Source of the DNA: an uncultured delta proteobacterium
Lineage (GTDB): Bacteria; Myxococcota; Myxococcia; Myxococcales; 40CM-4-68-19
Assembly (NCBI GenBank): GCA_903911145.1
Contig: CAIWCD010000014.1
Coordinates: forward strand, 1-64,000
DNA length: 64,000 bases
Direction of reading: 5' to 3'
The stretch's first letter is position 1. Each line of letters opens with the position of its first letter. Below the pieces are notes generated by a model, which saw nothing but the letters and a program-made list of their open reading frames with translations, was not told where the DNA came from and searched no databases. Made by a program: the position numbers and the translations under genes. Below, one piece after another: positions 11,187 through 19,725 of the stretch.

Positions 11187-11813
11187 ATGCGCTTCCCATT
11201 GTTCATCGTGGTTGCGGCACTCCTGTTTATCGGGGGCGCAGCCAATGCCGATCGTGGCGCGCTGACCGCCGAAGCATCTGCTGGCATCGCCATCGAGAGC
11301 GTGCGATTGCCAACCTCGTTGGGTTCGGCGGCGCAAGTCGGAACTAGCGTATCGGTCAATCTCGCCGGTTGGTACGCGCTAACGGACAGCGTGGAACTCG
11401 GAGTGCGTACATTCTGGGAGCCGGAATCGAACTGGGTTCACGAGGGCGCTTCGTCGGGACAATTCAACGGGAGCCTCACGTCCACGTCGACGCGTTTCGG
11501 CGCGCTCGCCAGTGCGCGATTCGTGCGCGGCCTCGCGTGGCAATTCACGGCCGGCGTGAGCACAGGATTCAGCGAGCGGCTGTTCACGCATCTCAATTTG
11601 TATGACGTGAGCGGGGCGAGCCCGAGAAGTTATGGGCTGCAACTTGCGGATACCGCGACGATGTCGCTCGTTGTTGCTCCGTCGGTCGGGTTGCGTTGGA
11701 CCGCGGATCATTTCTCGATTGGCCTCGAGCCGCGGCTCGAGGTGCTCGTCGGGCCAGGAGTCGGCTGGGCGGTGACGATTCCGCTGTCGCTATCGTGGAG
11801 TTGGTACCTCTAA
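11187..11813 (+). CDS. Small outer-membrane beta-barrel protein
   Basis: Signal peptide (AANA), alternating amphipathic strands, C-terminal 'LSLSWSWYL'. Confidence 0.7.
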   Translation: MRFPLFIVVAALLFIGGAANADRGALTAEASAGIAIESVRLPTSLGSAAQVGTSVSVNLAGWYALTDSVELGVRTFWEPESNWVHEGASSGQFNGSLTSTSTRFGALASARFVRGLAWQFTAGVSTGFSERLFTHLNLYDVSGASPRSYGLQLADTATMSLVVAPSVGLRWTADHFSIGLEPRLEVLVGPGVGWAVTIPLSLSWSWYL

Positions 11814-12077
11814 CCGGCGCGCACAACGACAGGTCTAAATGCTCCGCGTGGAAGCAGTGCCCGAGGCCCGGGCGACTCGGGGCGATCGCCGAGCAGGCCG
11901 CGGTCGCGCTCGTTGGATTGTGCTCGCAGTTGCACAAGCGAAACGTGCGGCAGGGGCGAGTCTGGTTGCAGGATTGCACTCGCGGCCAACTCGGCGCTCT
12001 TCACCGACGCACCCAAGAAACAGCGTGAGTTGTGGAGGTGTTGACCTCGTGCTCGCGCCTCGTCCAGGATCCGACGT

Positions 12078-12863
12078 ATGAACAACATCGAGTCGACGTT
12101 TGATCAGCTTTTAGAGCTTCGCGCCCAGTTCGTCGCGAGGGCCACTGGCGGCAGTAGCGAGGATCACAGGTACGTGGCGTTGAGGAAGGCGCTTCTCGCC
12201 AACGCGAAGGTTGCCAAACTCCTTCCGTCGTTCGTGCGCACGAGCTACTCCATGGGGGATTTCTGGACATTCATCCAGCCGAAGTACGACAACTACAGAC
12301 AGCGTCGCGAGTTTTTCCATGAAAGCTTCGCGTCGGCGCTCGCCGCTGTCGATGTAAGCATGCAGCAGCCAGCGGACAATCTTACTGGCGCTGCGCTAGA
12401 ACGGCTTGAAAGCCAGACTGTTTGCGATCACTGGACGAAAGCGCTTCAGCGGAGACAGACCGATCCCGATGGCGCAGTGACAAGCGCGCGCACGTTGCTC
12501 GAGTCGCTGTGTAAGCAGGTCCTCGACGAGCAAATGGTTGAATACGGCAGAGACGACGATCTGCCGAAACTCTACGGGCGGGTCGCGCGGCTCCTTCAGC
12601 TTGATCCGTCAGGCCATCGTGACGACGGAGTGAAGCAGGCGCTCGGCGGATGCTTCTCTCTCGTCCAGGGGCTGACGACACTCCGAAATGCGAGAGGCGA
12701 CGCTCACGGTCAAGGAGAGCAGAAAGCGATGCGGGCTGCTCCTCGTCACGCAGATCTTGCTGTAAACGTCTCAGGTGCGGTCGCTGTAGTTCTCCTCGCT
12801 ACGTACGAGGCTCGGGCTGAGAAAAACGAATTGCCTCACCCCCGCCCGCTCATGGCAACGTGA
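12078..12863 (+). CDS. Abortive infection family protein (Abi_C domain, HEPN-like)
   Basis: 'DPDGAVTSARTLLESLCKQVL...DLPKLY...LRNARGDAHG...PRHADLAVN' matches the Abi_C pattern with an R-x-H motif. Confidence 0.8.
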   Translation: MNNIESTFDQLLELRAQFVARATGGSSEDHRYVALRKALLANAKVAKLLPSFVRTSYSMGDFWTFIQPKYDNYRQRREFFHESFASALAAVDVSMQQPADNLTGAALERLESQTVCDHWTKALQRRQTDPDGAVTSARTLLESLCKQVLDEQMVEYGRDDDLPKLYGRVARLLQLDPSGHRDDGVKQALGGCFSLVQGLTTLRNARGDAHGQGEQKAMRAAPRHADLAVNVSGAVAVVLLATYEARAEKNELPHPRPLMAT

Positions 12864-12915
12864 CCAGCCCGCAGGGGGCAGCAAGTTGGCGTCGGTCGAT
12901 AATTGTTGGGATGAG

Positions 12916-13000
12916 CGAAAATATTCGCACAGCGAAAGTGACAGATTTCGGTCTGGCTCTATTTTCGGTGTATAACAATTTTCTCTCATGGACGAAAATA
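12916..13000 (+). promoter_or_regulatory. AT-rich promoter region with three CGAAAATA boxes
   Basis: CGAAAATA at 12916-12923 and 12993-13000, its reverse complement TATTTTCG at 12960-12967, and TATAAC at 12971-12976. Confidence 0.45.
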
Positions 13001-14025
13001 CGCATTCGCAGAAATATGCCATCCGCATACAGCTCCCGCGAGCCATCGCGGGATGGATCCCCGTTCGCCCGTGGATTCAAACAAAAGTTGGAGCGACATC
13101 ATCGATCCGGATGGGGCGCAACCGCGTCCCGATTGAGCTTCACTCGGTGCCCGCTTCCATGACGGCTGAGTTGGCAGCGGAGGTTGCTCCAAGTCTGACG
13201 GCACAGCGCAAGACGCGGTTGAATGTCGTGGTGAGCCCGTTGCTTCGCAAAAGCGTTCGCGATCTCCTCGAAGGGCAGGGGATCTCTTATGCAGACTCGA
13301 AGGGCCATGTTCACCTGGCTTGGGCCGGTCTGCTCGTCCATATCGATGCGGAGGCTCCTGCAGTCGCCTTGCGCAGGCCAGATGGACTCGGACCAAGCGG
13401 CGTGCGCGCAGTGCAAGCGTTGCTGTTGGCAGATGGGCCGGTACAGCTCTCGCAGCTTTCTGCACAAGTCCAACTGTCCCTCTCTCAGACCCACTCCGTG
13501 TTTACCCAGCTCGAAAACGCCGGGCTCATGCGCTCAACTGGAAGTGGACCATCGCGCCGCCGAGTCGTCGTCGATCGCACGCAGCTTCTCGACTGGCTTG
13601 CGGCGCAGGCGACCGCTCGTCGGCGCGAGACTCGACTGGACGTCGCGCTGTACGCGCGGCGCCCCGAGGAGCTCTGGCGCCGGATCGCTACTCGATTCGG
13701 CGAGTCCGGCACGGCCTACGCTGTAACCGGAGCCGCCGGCGCTGCCCTGTTGGGTGTCGGGCCCACGGCCGTTCCTCTGTCTACGGTACGAATCACGCCA
13801 GACGTTTCGCTTGCGAATGCAGCGCGGACGCTCGGTGCGGAACCAGTCGAGCGCGGACCTAATCTGCGGCTCATTCGCGACACGGGCGAGGTTGGCTGCG
13901 TTGGCGCGGAGCGCCTCGACGGGATCCTTGTCGCACCGAAAGTCCGCGTCTACCTCGACACGCTTTCCGACAAGCGAGGAGAGGATCTAGCCGAACAGTT
14001 CCGTGAGGTGATCCTTGGCTACTGA
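12988..14025 (+). CDS. AbiEi-like type IV TA antitoxin / wHTH transcriptional regulator
   Basis: 'ISYADSKGHVHL', central wHTH, 'LLDW', 'YAVTG..GA', and C-terminal 'VAPKVRVYLDTL...RGEDLAE'. Overlaps the downstream NTase. Start uncertain. Confidence 0.7.
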   Translation: MDENTHSQKYAIRIQLPRAIAGWIPVRPWIQTKVGATSSIRMGRNRVPIELHSVPASMTAELAAEVAPSLTAQRKTRLNVVVSPLLRKSVRDLLEGQGISYADSKGHVHLAWAGLLVHIDAEAPAVALRRPDGLGPSGVRAVQALLLADGPVQLSQLSAQVQLSLSQTHSVFTQLENAGLMRSTGSGPSRRRVVVDRTQLLDWLAAQATARRRETRLDVALYARRPEELWRRIATRFGESGTAYAVTGAAGAALLGVGPTAVPLSTVRITPDVSLANAARTLGAEPVERGPNLRLIRDTGEVGCVGAERLDGILVAPKVRVYLDTLSDKRGEDLAEQFREVILGY

Positions 14026-14896
14026 GGGAGGTCACTCGAGCGAGTACGACCCACTCCTTCGGCCCAAGCTGCAAGCGGAAGCTGTGCGTGTCATCCGAGC
14101 ATTCAGTTTCGCGGGTGCGCACGTTGTGATCATCGGAGGGCTCGTGCCTTCACTGCTCGTGCCCGAGCCGGAGGCTGGGATCGAGCGGCACATCGGTACG
14201 CAGGACCTCGATCTGTGCCTGAGCATCGCGCTCGTCGCGGGCGATGTCGGCAACTACGACCGGCTGGAGCAAACCCTGAAGAAGGCCGGCTTCATCATGG
14301 CCCGCGATGGGGGCCAAAGCATCAGTTGGCGATGGCGCGGCGGCGTAGATTTGTCGCTGACCGTCGAGTTTTTCTGCCCGGTTGGTCCTGACCGCGAACC
14401 AGGGCGGCTCTACCGCCCCGGCGGCGTTGTTGGAGGCAAGCTGTCGGCGCTCGTGCTGGCCGCAGGACGCCTCATTGACGCCGACGTGCGGGACGTCGAA
14501 GTCGATGTCGATCTCCCCGGTGGAGGAGGGAAGACGCGCCAGTCCCTCAAAGTTGTCGGCCCGGCGGCCTATCTGGCGGCGAAGGCCGACGCGCTGCGGC
14601 GACGAGACAAGAACAAGGATGCCTACGACGTTATCTGGCTCGCGGAGTCGTGGCCAGGAGGACAGGCCGCGCTGGCTCAGGCAATCCGCGCCTCCGCAGT
14701 CGCTCGTGACGTCGATTTCCTCGTCGCCCTGGAAACACTGAAGCATGAGTTCTCGACGATCGATTCCGCTGGTGCCGTAAAGTACGCGCGTTTCATGGGG
14801 GACGACGCGTCGTCGCAGGACCTGCTCGCCCGCCGCGCCGTGGGAGCTATTGCGGCGCTTTTTCGTGAACTCGGAGCCAGATCATCAACGCGGTGA
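14015..14896 (+). CDS. AbiEii-like nucleotidyltransferase (putative type IV TA toxin)
   Basis: 'VIIGGLVPSLL...HIGTQDLDL' (GG and DxD motifs) and 'K..A...RDKNKDAYD'. Confidence 0.75.
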   Translation: MATEGGHSSEYDPLLRPKLQAEAVRVIRAFSFAGAHVVIIGGLVPSLLVPEPEAGIERHIGTQDLDLCLSIALVAGDVGNYDRLEQTLKKAGFIMARDGGQSISWRWRGGVDLSLTVEFFCPVGPDREPGRLYRPGGVVGGKLSALVLAAGRLIDADVRDVEVDVDLPGGGGKTRQSLKVVGPAAYLAAKADALRRRDKNKDAYDVIWLAESWPGGQAALAQAIRASAVARDVDFLVALETLKHEFSTIDSAGAVKYARFMGDDASSQDLLARRAVGAIAALFRELGARSSTR

Positions 14897-14981
14897 CCGC
14901 GCCGCCGACAAACGCCATGTCGGCTCGGAGGTCGCCAAGGCGCTTGGCAACACGCTCGACCACTTCAAGGGTCGGAATCAT
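14847..14981 (-). pseudogene. Truncated N-terminus of another nucleotidyltransferase
   Basis: Reads MIPTLEVVERVAKRLGDLRADMAFVGGAVTALMI, an NTase N-terminus with FVGG, then runs into the opposite-strand gene at ~14880 and stops (44 aa). Confidence 0.55.
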
Positions 14982-15339
14982 CGTGTCGAGACCGAGCTCG
15001 CACCTGAATCGAGCGCGCCGAGACTACAAGCGGCGATTCCTATAGGGCGGTTGGCATCACGCGAAGAGATGTTTGGAAGCGATCATCGAAAAGCGCGGCA
15101 CGTCGATCGCGGCGACCGCGATCGCGATCGACAGTGCCGGTTCACCGATAAGGACTCTCGATCGCCTTGGGCGACCATCTCGGGCACGGGCTCCCGATAT
15201 CAACGGTGACCGACGTGTCCGCTCAATCGTGGTGATCGCCGTCGGTCCACCCGTTGACCTGCTGCTTGCGTCACAGCGGCCGGTGCCCGTAGCGGTGCGC
15301 AGAGATGCACTGGGCGCGGGTATCTGTTAGACTGATACG

Positions 15340-15879
15340 ATGAAGCCGCTGGAGACTCTCGCCGCCTTCGATCACTACCTCGCCGCACGCGCTCTGCGGC
15401 TTGAGGGAGTCGTGATCGGCGGCACGGCGCTGAACCTGCTCGGCATCGTGAGTCGAACCACGCGGGACTGCGATCTACTTCTCCCTCCGCTTTCTGCAGC
15501 GGTCGTCGAGGCTGCGCGCGCCTTCGCGGCCGAGCGCCGTGGTCAGGATGAGGCCCTGGCTGACGATTGGCTGAACAACGGGCCGGCGGCGCTCGTTGGC
15601 CAGCTACCCAAGGGATGGGAGAGCCGTCTCCAACTCGTGTTCAGCGGGCAAGCGCTCGAACTGCAATGTCTCGGGCGGCAGGAGCTGCTCTTCTCGAAGC
15701 TGTTCGCGCTCTGCGATCGAAGCATCGATCTGGGCGACTGCCTGGCGCTCGCTCCGTCGGCCGAAGAGCTGCGCACGCAGCTCCCGCTGCTCGAGCCTCA
15801 AGACGAAAACCCGGAGTGGCCCGCACACGTTCGAGCGACGCTCGCGGATCTGGCGCGGAGGCTCGGTCATGTCCTTTAG
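15340..15879 (+). CDS. DUF6036 family nucleotidyltransferase
   Basis: 'VVIGGTALNLLGIVSRTTRDCD', 'DWLNNGP', 'SKLFALCDRSIDLGD'. Confidence 0.8.
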   Translation: MKPLETLAAFDHYLAARALRLEGVVIGGTALNLLGIVSRTTRDCDLLLPPLSAAVVEAARAFAAERRGQDEALADDWLNNGPAALVGQLPKGWESRLQLVFSGQALELQCLGRQELLFSKLFALCDRSIDLGDCLALAPSAEELRTQLPLLEPQDENPEWPAHVRATLADLARRLGHVL

Positions 15880-16552
15880 CCGCGTCATCGCGCCGAGCAA
15901 CGAGCCAAGCAATGCCAAGCTGACAGCGGCGATGGTCGGCATCGGCATGCGCTTCGCCGCGCGTGGGGCGGTCGATCCGAACATCGAGGACACGCTCTTC
16001 TTCGCTTCCGTCGAAGCGATGGAGCGGGACGATCTCCGTGTGCTGGCTCTGGTCGCGACATGGTTTGGCGTGCACGCCAGGTGGGTGAACGCGGACCGGT
16101 TGACCAAGCTCGTCGAAACTCGCGGCTCGTTGCGGGTTCGCGCGCTGTGGAGCGCACTCGCTTACTGGCAAGGCAAAGATCGTCGATTCGTTCGGCTCGC
16201 GGCGGCGTACGAGGGGCCTCGCGTTGACGTTCCGTCGTCGGGGAGCGCGTTCCTGATCCGCAAGCATGGTGAAGACCTCCGCTTCAAGAATGGGCCTCTT
16301 CGCGTCGCGGCCAATGTGCTGCGCGACCGTCCCGGAGATGTGCTTGCGCCGCGCGAGTTGGCTCGGCGTCACCGGGTCTATCGTGCGCGCGTGCAGATGG
16401 GGCCGTCGTACCGAGCCGATGCGTGGGCCGCGCTCGAAGAGGAATCGACTCTGTCCGCGGCCGAGCTTGCGCGTCGCGCCTACGCGTCGTTCGCCACGGC
16501 CTGGCAGGTGAGAAGAGAATTCGACATCTTGAACGGGGCCTCGTCTCGATGA
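15869..16552 (+). CDS. Hypothetical partner of the DUF6036 NTase, with C-terminal HTH
   Basis: ATG overlaps the NTase 3' end; C-terminal 'LSAAELARRAYASFATAWQV' is HTH-like. Confidence 0.7.
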   Translation: MSFSRVIAPSNEPSNAKLTAAMVGIGMRFAARGAVDPNIEDTLFFASVEAMERDDLRVLALVATWFGVHARWVNADRLTKLVETRGSLRVRALWSALAYWQGKDRRFVRLAAAYEGPRVDVPSSGSAFLIRKHGEDLRFKNGPLRVAANVLRDRPGDVLAPRELARRHRVYRARVQMGPSYRADAWAALEEESTLSAAELARRAYASFATAWQVRREFDILNGASSR

Positions 16553-16580
16553 TTCGTGTGGCTCCTCGGATCTGCGAAGG

Positions 16581-17096
16581 ATGACTCAAATGCACCCCAA
16601 CGTTCGCCCGGTTTCTCGTCGTCGGAATGCTCCTCGGGAACCTACCGAGCGCGAGCGGCTTCGTGCGTGGGAGAAGTTTCACAAAACGGAGTGCGACTGG
16701 CAGTGGACCGATATTCTGCGTGTCCTCGACTTCAAGCTCGGGCGGGTGCAGGCAGCGATCGCTGGCGGCTACGGCGGCGAGCGCAAAGCGCGTGTGGCCG
16801 AAATCAAAGAGGTCCGCGGCCTTCTTCGTCGGGCTGCGCGCGAACATTCCCGATATCAAGACGAGCTCTGGTCGCCACACCGCAAGAAGTGGGGAAATCT
16901 GAGGATGAAGTTCTTGAGGACGGACAAAGGCAGTACCGTCTCGTTCGTATTCACAAAGGCGAAGAGCGCCGCAGAAACTCAGCGGGCGCATCGTGCGTAC
17001 GATCGCGTCTCAGTTGCGGCGGAGCGTGCTCTTCAGAGTGATATCAAGAAGGCGTTTAGACTCCTCGCCGCGGGCGTCCAGACGTGGTGGGAGTAG
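16581..17096 (+). CDS. Hypothetical basic protein resembling a phage uncharacterised family
   Basis: AAGGA RBS; 'DWQWTDILRVLDFKL...H.KKWG.L...D...AF.L......WWE' pattern. Confidence 0.6.
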   Translation: MTQMHPNVRPVSRRRNAPREPTERERLRAWEKFHKTECDWQWTDILRVLDFKLGRVQAAIAGGYGGERKARVAEIKEVRGLLRRAAREHSRYQDELWSPHRKKWGNLRMKFLRTDKGSTVSFVFTKAKSAAETQRAHRAYDRVSVAAERALQSDIKKAFRLLAAGVQTWWE

Positions 17097-17219
17097 CGGT
17101 ACCGTCCCATCGCGCGGTCCTGCAGCAGCTCTTGAAACGGGTGCCCTGGCTAACCAAGAGCAGAGATCTTGGTTAGCCGTCCACGCCATTGCGATCATTG
17201 GGAAGCCCCCGGCGTGTGC

Positions 17220-17615
17220 TCACCCGCGCTTTGTGCTGCCCGCCTTCTTCGCGCGATATCGGACGCCGGCGATCCCCTCGAAGTCCGCGTCCTGCGTCCA
17301 GAGAATCGCCTCGTGAAGCTGGGCTGTCATCAGCACGATGCTATCCGCGAGCGGCAGCTTGCATTCGATTCCGAGTCGAGCGGCCGCCAGCGCGATATTG
17401 GAATTCAGGTCAATCACCCGGCCTTGCATCATCGCAGCGATTGCCTGCAGCGCGTTGTCCTCGCCGCGCTGTTGCAGGACGCGCTTGTAGACCTCGTACA
17501 GAGTGATCGACGGAACAATGAGCTTGGGAATGTCCTCGATGGCCGCAGCAAAAAACGACGCATCCGCCTCGCCTGCGAAGTAGGCCAACCAACCCGATGA
17601 GTCGACGACATTCAC
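17220..17615 (-). CDS. vapC: PIN-domain toxin (VapC family)
   Basis: 'VVDSSGWLAYF...PSITLYEV...LADSIV...LWTQDADF'. Confidence 0.9.
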   Translation of the reverse strand: MNVVDSSGWLAYFAGEADASFFAAAIEDIPKLIVPSITLYEVYKRVLQQRGEDNALQAIAAMMQGRVIDLNSNIALAAARLGIECKLPLADSIVLMTAQLHEAILWTQDADFEGIAGVRYRAKKAGSTKRG

Positions 17616-17848
17616 CCGCGGTCTCGCTCGCGCGGAACGTCGGTCTTGATCCCCGCGAGAAAGCCGCGCAGCTGGCGCATCGGCCGCACCGGAATGAGCT
17701 CGATGCGATTACCGTGCGCGACCGCCTGGATCTTCTGACCCGCGACGAGGTGCAGCTCCTCCCGGATTTCGCTCGGAATGACGACCTGGAATTTTGGCGA
17801 AAGAGTCACGACGTTGGCGGGATGTGGGATCGATATAGGCTTCGTCAT
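17612..17848 (-). CDS. AbrB/MazE/SpoVT family antitoxin
   Basis: 'VTLSPKFQVVIPSEIREEL.L..GQ'; overlaps the vapC start. Confidence 0.85.
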   Translation of the reverse strand: MTKPISIPHPANVVTLSPKFQVVIPSEIREELHLVAGQKIQAVAHGNRIELIPVRPMRQLRGFLAGIKTDVPRERDRG

Positions 17849-18086
17849 ACGCACAGTCTATCGATGCCAGTCCGCGCGAGTCAACCGACTGCGCGGCCGC
17901 TCCGTGCAGCAAAGGCAGCGACCCAGTCGAGCAGCCACGCATCGGGTCGTCATCCTCAGCGCGTCTCTCTCCAGCGCCCCGTTTCGACGTCTTGATGCTT
18001 TTCAAAAAAGCCAGCCTGCACCTGACGGGCCTGCTGGGGGATGAACGGCGGCTGACGACGAGCGAGTCGGATGTAGCGAACCAACG

Positions 18087-18275
18087 TCATCGCGGAACCA
18101 AATCTTTCGCGAGCAGCTTGGCAACACCAGAGCAGAGGATCTGGTAGCCGTTCACGCCATTACGGTGGTGGGGCAGCTCGCCACGCGCACACGCCGCGCG
18201 AACTGCATCCTTGGAACATCTGAGCAGAGCCGCGACCTGCGCCACGTCGAGCGGACGGGCTTTTTCTTGGGACAC
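18087..18275 (-). CDS. Excisionase-like helix-turn-helix protein (62 aa)
   Basis: GTG start; 'PLDVAQVAALLRCSKDAVRAACARGELPHHR' is HTH_17/Xis-like; adjacent to the att site. Confidence 0.65.
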   Translation of the reverse strand: MSQEKARPLDVAQVAALLRCSKDAVRAACARGELPHHRNGVNGYQILCSGVAKLLAKDLVPR

Positions 18276-18381
18276 GGTTGGGACACGACCGCTGTGAATC
18301 GTATGGGATCGTTGGTGAGACACCGACCCAACACCGGGTAGTGACTCCGAATGAAATCGCTCGGTTGGGGACGGTTGGGGA
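18267..18381 (+). repeat. Short direct repeats next to the att site (candidate integrase arm / Xis sites)
   Basis: TTGGGACACG x2 (18267, 18278; period 11) and CGGTTGGGGA x2 (18362, 18372; period 10). Confidence 0.55.
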
Positions 18382-18416
18382 GATACTGAAACGCTTGGCG
18401 ACGCGCCCGGTTCGTT

Positions 18417-18461
18417 TTGCCAAGGCGAAGGTCGCCAGTTCGAACCTGGTGTTCCGCTCCA
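18417..18461 (+). tRNA. 3' half of tRNA-Gly(GCC), a non-functional fragment marking an attachment site
   Basis: TTGCCAA anticodon loop, GGCGA stem, GCCAG-TTCGAAC-CTGGT T-arm, GTTCCGC-TCCA end. No D-arm or 5' acceptor strand upstream. Confidence 0.85.
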
Positions 18462-18466
18462 ATTCT

Positions 18467-18515
18467 GGCCCCGGATTTCTAGAGCTTTGCTCTGAGGTCC
18501 GGGGCCTTTTTCTTT
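18467..18515 (+). terminator. Rho-independent terminator of the original tRNA gene
   Basis: GGCCCCGGA...AGAGC-TTT-GCTCT...TCCGGGGCC followed by TTTTTCTTT. Confidence 0.85.
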
Positions 18516-18930
18516 GTAGCCCTCTTCGCGGCAGTGGAATGGCAGTGACTCTGCGCGAACTTGCCGCCGACGTTGGAGGGGGCCGATGCACTCTCTCGGG
18601 TCTGCATGCCTTCGCGGGCAAGTGTTCGGCGAAGCGCCCGCGCTCACGCGCTGAGCGATGCTCGGATGAGTCAGATCGCCGTGCGCGGGGCGCGCACAAG
18701 ACCCAAGTGGATGAACTCCAGACCGCGCCCTATCCAGGGTTCAGTTCTGCGACGCCCTTGAGTAGCGCTACCGCGGCCAAGAATAGGCCATCGTATGGTG
18801 ACCCATTGCCGAACTGCCGACGATCAACCGTGATGCTACGGCGACCCGCGGGAGTCAGAAACGTAAACCGGAAGTCGTTGCCCGCTGGCGTTGCAGCCGG
18901 TGGTTCGGCCATCCGCCGAGCCAGCACCCG

Positions 18931-19509
18931 CTAATCCCCGTCGCTGCTCCACGTGCGAAACGGGCAGTTGATCCGGACGTTCGAAGCATGCGACCCAACG
19001 AACAGCTCGAGCACTTCCTCATTGCCCCAGTTGAATCGCGCGACCGGCTTGATCGCGAAAGAGCCGGCCTGTCCCCCGTCGAGCCAGAGCTGGCCGCCCG
19101 TGATGTTCAGCAGGCCCACTTCGCCATCGATGCTGCCGGTTACCTTGTAGGTCGCGGTCTTGAGCGTCTCGTCGCGCGCGTAATCGTTCCATGACGCATC
19201 TTCGACACTGCCGTCGAGACGGTCGCCTGTGCGCGTGAGCGTAAGTTTCGTCTCGTGCGCATCGCCTTCTCCGCGCGGGGAGGACTCGTAGAAGCGCCAC
19301 CGACCGTTAAAGCGGATGGGCAGCGCGCTCGCGCGTCCGAGCTTTACGAACTCCGCGTCGCTCGAGCGCTCCACGATCCATTGCACGTGACAGTCGGGGC
19401 AGGTGAGCTCGTTGGCGCGAGGGTCGATGCCGGAGAAGAGGCGCGCGACGTCGGCGGGCTCGAAGAGGATCGGGTTCGGCTCGATCGGCTGGCAGGAGGG
19501 GCAGGGCAT
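18931..19509 (-). CDS. Hypothetical protein with N-terminal CxxC...CxxC zinc ribbon
   Basis: MPCPSC...LTCPDC followed by a beta-rich domain. Confidence 0.6.
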   Translation of the reverse strand: MPCPSCQPIEPNPILFEPADVARLFSGIDPRANELTCPDCHVQWIVERSSDAEFVKLGRASALPIRFNGRWRFYESSPRGEGDAHETKLTLTRTGDRLDGSVEDASWNDYARDETLKTATYKVTGSIDGEVGLLNITGGQLWLDGGQAGSFAIKPVARFNWGNEEVLELFVGSHASNVRINCPFRTWSSDGD

Positions 19510-19725
19510 CGCCGAATCGTGCCACAAGCGCGGCGACCAAGCGCCTGTTGACGCGGCCTCGCGTGCTCGTCGACGTGGCTCGATCGAATGACCACGCTGC
19601 GCGTCTGCTGGGAGTCGGTTGATTCCGAAATGTCCGCTTCACGGAGTGGGGCCCCTGTCCCTCCTGGCCTGCCTCGCGAGAGATCGAAATCTCGATCGAC
19701 GACTCGCAGCCGCGCACGGGGTTGA

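Larger units (their letters stand above)
1..18461. mobile_element. Right portion of a tRNA-Gly-integrated genomic island / ICE-like element (left end and integrase outside the window)
   Basis: Contains a T4SS-like operon, a defence/TA cluster and an Xis-like HTH gene, and ends at a tRNA-Gly 3' fragment with terminator (att-like site). Confidence 0.75.

Noticed and set aside
18380..18461. Intact tRNA-Gly gene
   Set aside because: No 5' acceptor strand (GCGGAA..) or D-arm upstream of the anticodon arm; treated as an att fragment.
1..18461. Prophage
   Set aside because: No capsid, terminase, tail or lysis genes are visible; the content fits an ICE-like island.
18730..18933. Stop-codon readthrough from 18931..19509 into the in-frame ORF 18730..18927
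   Set aside because: Same frame but no recoding signal or homology support; one-in-three chance coincidence.
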